Assembly: GCF_009914755.1 (NCBI RefSeq)
Contig: NC_060931.1
DNA from: the human T2T-CHM13v2.0 reference genome, Homo sapiens
Length of the DNA stretch: 64,000 nt
Direction: 5' to 3' (one strand)
Of this stretch, positions 60,391 to 64,000 are shown piece by piece. The notes below the pieces were generated by a model. That model made no database searches. It was not told the origin of the DNA and was given only the letters and a program-made list of their open reading frames with translations. Within the stretch, counting starts at the first letter, position 1. Each line of letters starts with the position of its first letter. The position numbers were made by a program, and so were the translations under genes.

Positions 60391-63300
60391 CGAATGGAAT
60401 GGAATGGAATGCAATGGAATAGAATGGAATGGAAGGGAATAGAATGGAATGGAATGGAATCGAATCGAATGGAACTGAATGGAGAGGAATGGAATGGAAT
60501 GAGAGATGAGATTGTGCCATTGCACTACAGGATGGGTGACAGAGAGAGACACTCTTGAAAGAAAGGAATGGAATGGAAAGCAGTGGAATAGAATGGAATG
60601 GAAAGCAATGGAGTGGAGTGTAGAGGAGAGGAGTGGAATGGAGTGGAATGGAATCGGATTGAATGGAATGTAGTGGAATGGAGTGTCATGGAATGGAATA
60701 GAATGGAATTATCATCTAATGGAATCAAACAAAATCATCATTGAATGGAAAAGAATGGAGTCCTCATCGAATGGAATCAAATGGAGTCATCATCGAATGG
60801 AATCAAAAGGCATCATCATCCAATGGACTTGAAAGGAATCATCATCAAATGGACTCGAAAGGAATCATTGAATGGAATCAAATGGAATCATCATTGAATG
60901 AAATTGAATGGAATCATCATCAACTGGAATGGAATGGAATCATCATCGAATGGAATAGAATGGAATTATCATCGAATGGAATCAAACGGAATCATCATCG
61001 AATGCAATTGAATGGAGTCATCATCGAATGGAATCAAAATGCATCATCATCCAATGGACTTGAATGGAAGCATCATCAAATGGACTGGAAAGGAGTCATC
61101 ATCGAATGGAATCAAATGGAATCATCATCAAATGGAAGCGAATGGAATCATCATCGAATGGAATCAAATGGAATCATCATCGAATGGAATCGAATGGAAT
61201 CATCAAATGGAATCGAATGTAACCATCATCAAGTGGAATCAAACGGAATCATCATCGAATGGAATCGAATGGAATCATCATCAAATGGAATCGAATGTAA
61301 CCATCATCAAATGTAATCGAATGGAATCATCGAATGGAATCTAAAGGAATCATCATCAAATGGAACTGAATGGAATCATCATTAAACGGAACTGAATGGA
61401 GTAATCTTCAAATGGAATCAAATGGACTCTTGATCGAATGGAATCGAATGGAATCATCATTGAATAGAATCGAATGGAATCATCATCGAATGGAATCAAA
61501 CAGAATCATCGAATTGAATCAAATGGAAAGATCATCGAATGGAATCGAAGGGAATCATCGAATGGGATGAAACGGAATCATCGAAGGGAATCAAATGGAA
61601 TCATCGAATATATTCGGATGGAATCATCAGCGAATGGAATTGAATGGAATCATGGAATGGATTCGAATGGAATCATCATTAAATGGAAACCAATGGAATC
61701 ATCGAATGAACACGAATGGAATCATCATTGAATGGAATCGAATGGAATCATTGAATGGCATGTAATAGAATCATTATTGAATGGAATCTAATGGAATCAT
61801 TGAACGGACTCGAATGGAATAATCAAATGAGCTTGAGTGGAATCATCATCGAATGGAATCGAATGGAATCATTGAATGGACTCGAATGGAATCATCATCA
61901 AATGGAAGCGAATGGAATCATCATCAAATTGAATCAAATGGAATCATCATCGAATGGAATCATCATCAAATGGAATCACCAAATTGAATCAAATGGAATG
62001 ATCATCGAAGGCAATAGAAGGGAAACCTCGAATGGGATTGAACGGAGTCATTGAATGGAATCGAGGGGATTCATCGAATGGATTCAAATGGAATTATCAT
62101 CAAATGGAATCAAATGGAATCATCGAATGGACACAAATGGAATCATCATCAAATGGGATTGAATGGAATCATCAAATGGACACGAATGGAATCACCATTG
62201 AATGGAAACGAAAGGAATCATTGAATGGCATCGAATGGAATCATCATCGAATAGATTCAAATGGAAAAATCGAATGTACTCGAATGGAAACATCGAATGG
62301 ACTCGAGAGTAATCATCATCGAATGGAATCGAATAGTATCATCAAATGGACTCAAATGGAATCCTCATCGAATTGAATCAAATGGAATCACTGAATGGAG
62401 TTGAAGGGAATCATCACGGAATGGAATCGAATGGAATCATCGAATGGAGTCGAATGGAATCATCAGGAAGTGGAATTGAATGGAATCACCGAATAGCATC
62501 GAATGGCATCATCATCAAATGGAGTCGAATGGAATCATCATTCACTGGAATCAAATGGAATCTTTGAATGGACCCGAATGGAATCATCATCGAATGCAAA
62601 CGAATGGAATCATCATCGAATGGAATCGAATGGAATCATCATCGAATGGAATCACATGGAATCATCAAATGGAAAAGAATTGAATAATCATAGAAAGGAA
62701 TTGAATAGAATCATCGAATGAAATCGAATGGAATCATCATCAAATGGAATCGAATGGAGTCATCATCGAATGCAATTGAATGGAATCGTCATCGAATGGA
62801 ATCGAATGGAACCATCAACGAATGGAATTCAAAGGAATCATCATCGAATGGAACCAAATAATATCATCAAATGGACTTGAATGGAATCATCGAATGGACT
62901 CGAAAGGAATCGTCATCGAATGGAATTGAATGGAATCATCGAACAGAATTGAATCAAATCATCATCGAATGAAATCAAAAGGAATCATGGAATGAACTCA
63001 AAGGGAATCATCGAATGCACTCAAAAGGAATCAACATCAAGTGGAATCAAATGGAGTCAAATGGAATAATCAAACGGACTCAAATGGAATCTTTGAATGG
63101 AACCGAAAGGAATCATCATCAAATGGAACCGAAAGGAGTCATCATCGAATTGAATCGCATGGAATCATCATCGAATGGACCTGAATGGAATCATCATCGA
63201 ATGGAACCGAAAGGAGTCATCAACGAATGGACGCGAATGTAATCATCATTGAAAAGACTCGAATGGAATCATCATCGAATGGGTTCGAATGGAATCATCA

Positions 63301-64000
63301 TTGAATGGAATCCAATGAAATCATCGAGTGGACTCGAATGGAATCATCATCAACTGGAATTGAATGGAATCATCGAATGGACTTGAATGGAATCATCGGA
63401 GAATGGAATCGAATGGAATTATCGAATGGACTTGAATGAAATTAACTTTGAATGGAATCGAAGGGAATCATCAAATGGAATCGAATGCAATCATCATCGA
63501 ATGGAATCGAATGGAATCATGGAATGGAATCGAATGGAATCACCATTGAATGGACTAAAAAGGAATCATAATTGAATGGAATCGAATGGAATAATCGAAT
63601 GGGCTCGAATGGAATCATCATCGATTGGAATCAAATGGAATCATTGAATGGAATCGAAAGGAATCATCGTCAAATGTAATCAACTGGAAACACTGAATGG
63701 ATTCGAATGGAATCATCATCGAAAATAATCGAATAGTATAATCGAATGGAATGGAATGCAATCAACATCGAATGGAATCGAATGGAATCATAGAATGATA
63801 TTAAATGGAATCATCATTGAATGGAGTCAAAGGGAATCATCATCGAATGGAATGGAAAGCAATCACTGAATGGACTTGAATAGAATCATCAAATGGATTT
63901 GAAGGGAATCCTCATCGAATGGAATAGAATGGAACCATTGAATGGACTTGAATGGAATAATCATCGAATGGAATCAAACGGAATCATCACATGGACTCGA
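60391..64000 (-). repeat. (GGAAT)n entry, Alu fragment (about 60503-60564) and diverged HSATII array 2, running off the window
   Basis: Same unit structure as array 1 and colinear rare variants (15641 vs about 62005; 16905 vs about 63976). Confidence 0.97.

Overview
Human-type pericentromeric segmental-duplication sequence with no host protein-coding gene. It contains two paralogous, diverged HSATII (HSat2)/(GGAAT)n arrays (about 13.9-33.8 kb and 60.4 kb to the window end). Both open with the same ~200-bp unique junction, a (GGAAT)n/(GGAGT)n run and an Alu 3'-end fragment, 46.5 kb apart. The rest is AT-rich DNA full of old transposon fossils (L1M, L2, MER21, Tigger3a, MLT1, THE1, MER34, MER20, Alus) plus four younger L1s. 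The main element is a full-length L1HS on the minus strand (52,685-59,186 including TSDs). It has Ta-1d-like 5'/ORF2 diagnostics, an intact 1275-aa ORF2 and intact ORF0. It also has a 36-bp in-frame deletion in the ORF1 coiled coil, a 457-bp 3' transduction, and a non-canonical AGG at the Ta-diagnostic trinucleotide, shared with a truncated L1 5.5 kb away. Its antisense promoter points into the second HSATII array. A twin-primed, 5'-inverted L1PA2-like insertion sits in an Alu linker. Subfamily calls and consensus comparisons are from memory and need alignment. I see unusual combinations of known mechanisms rather than a demonstrably new system.
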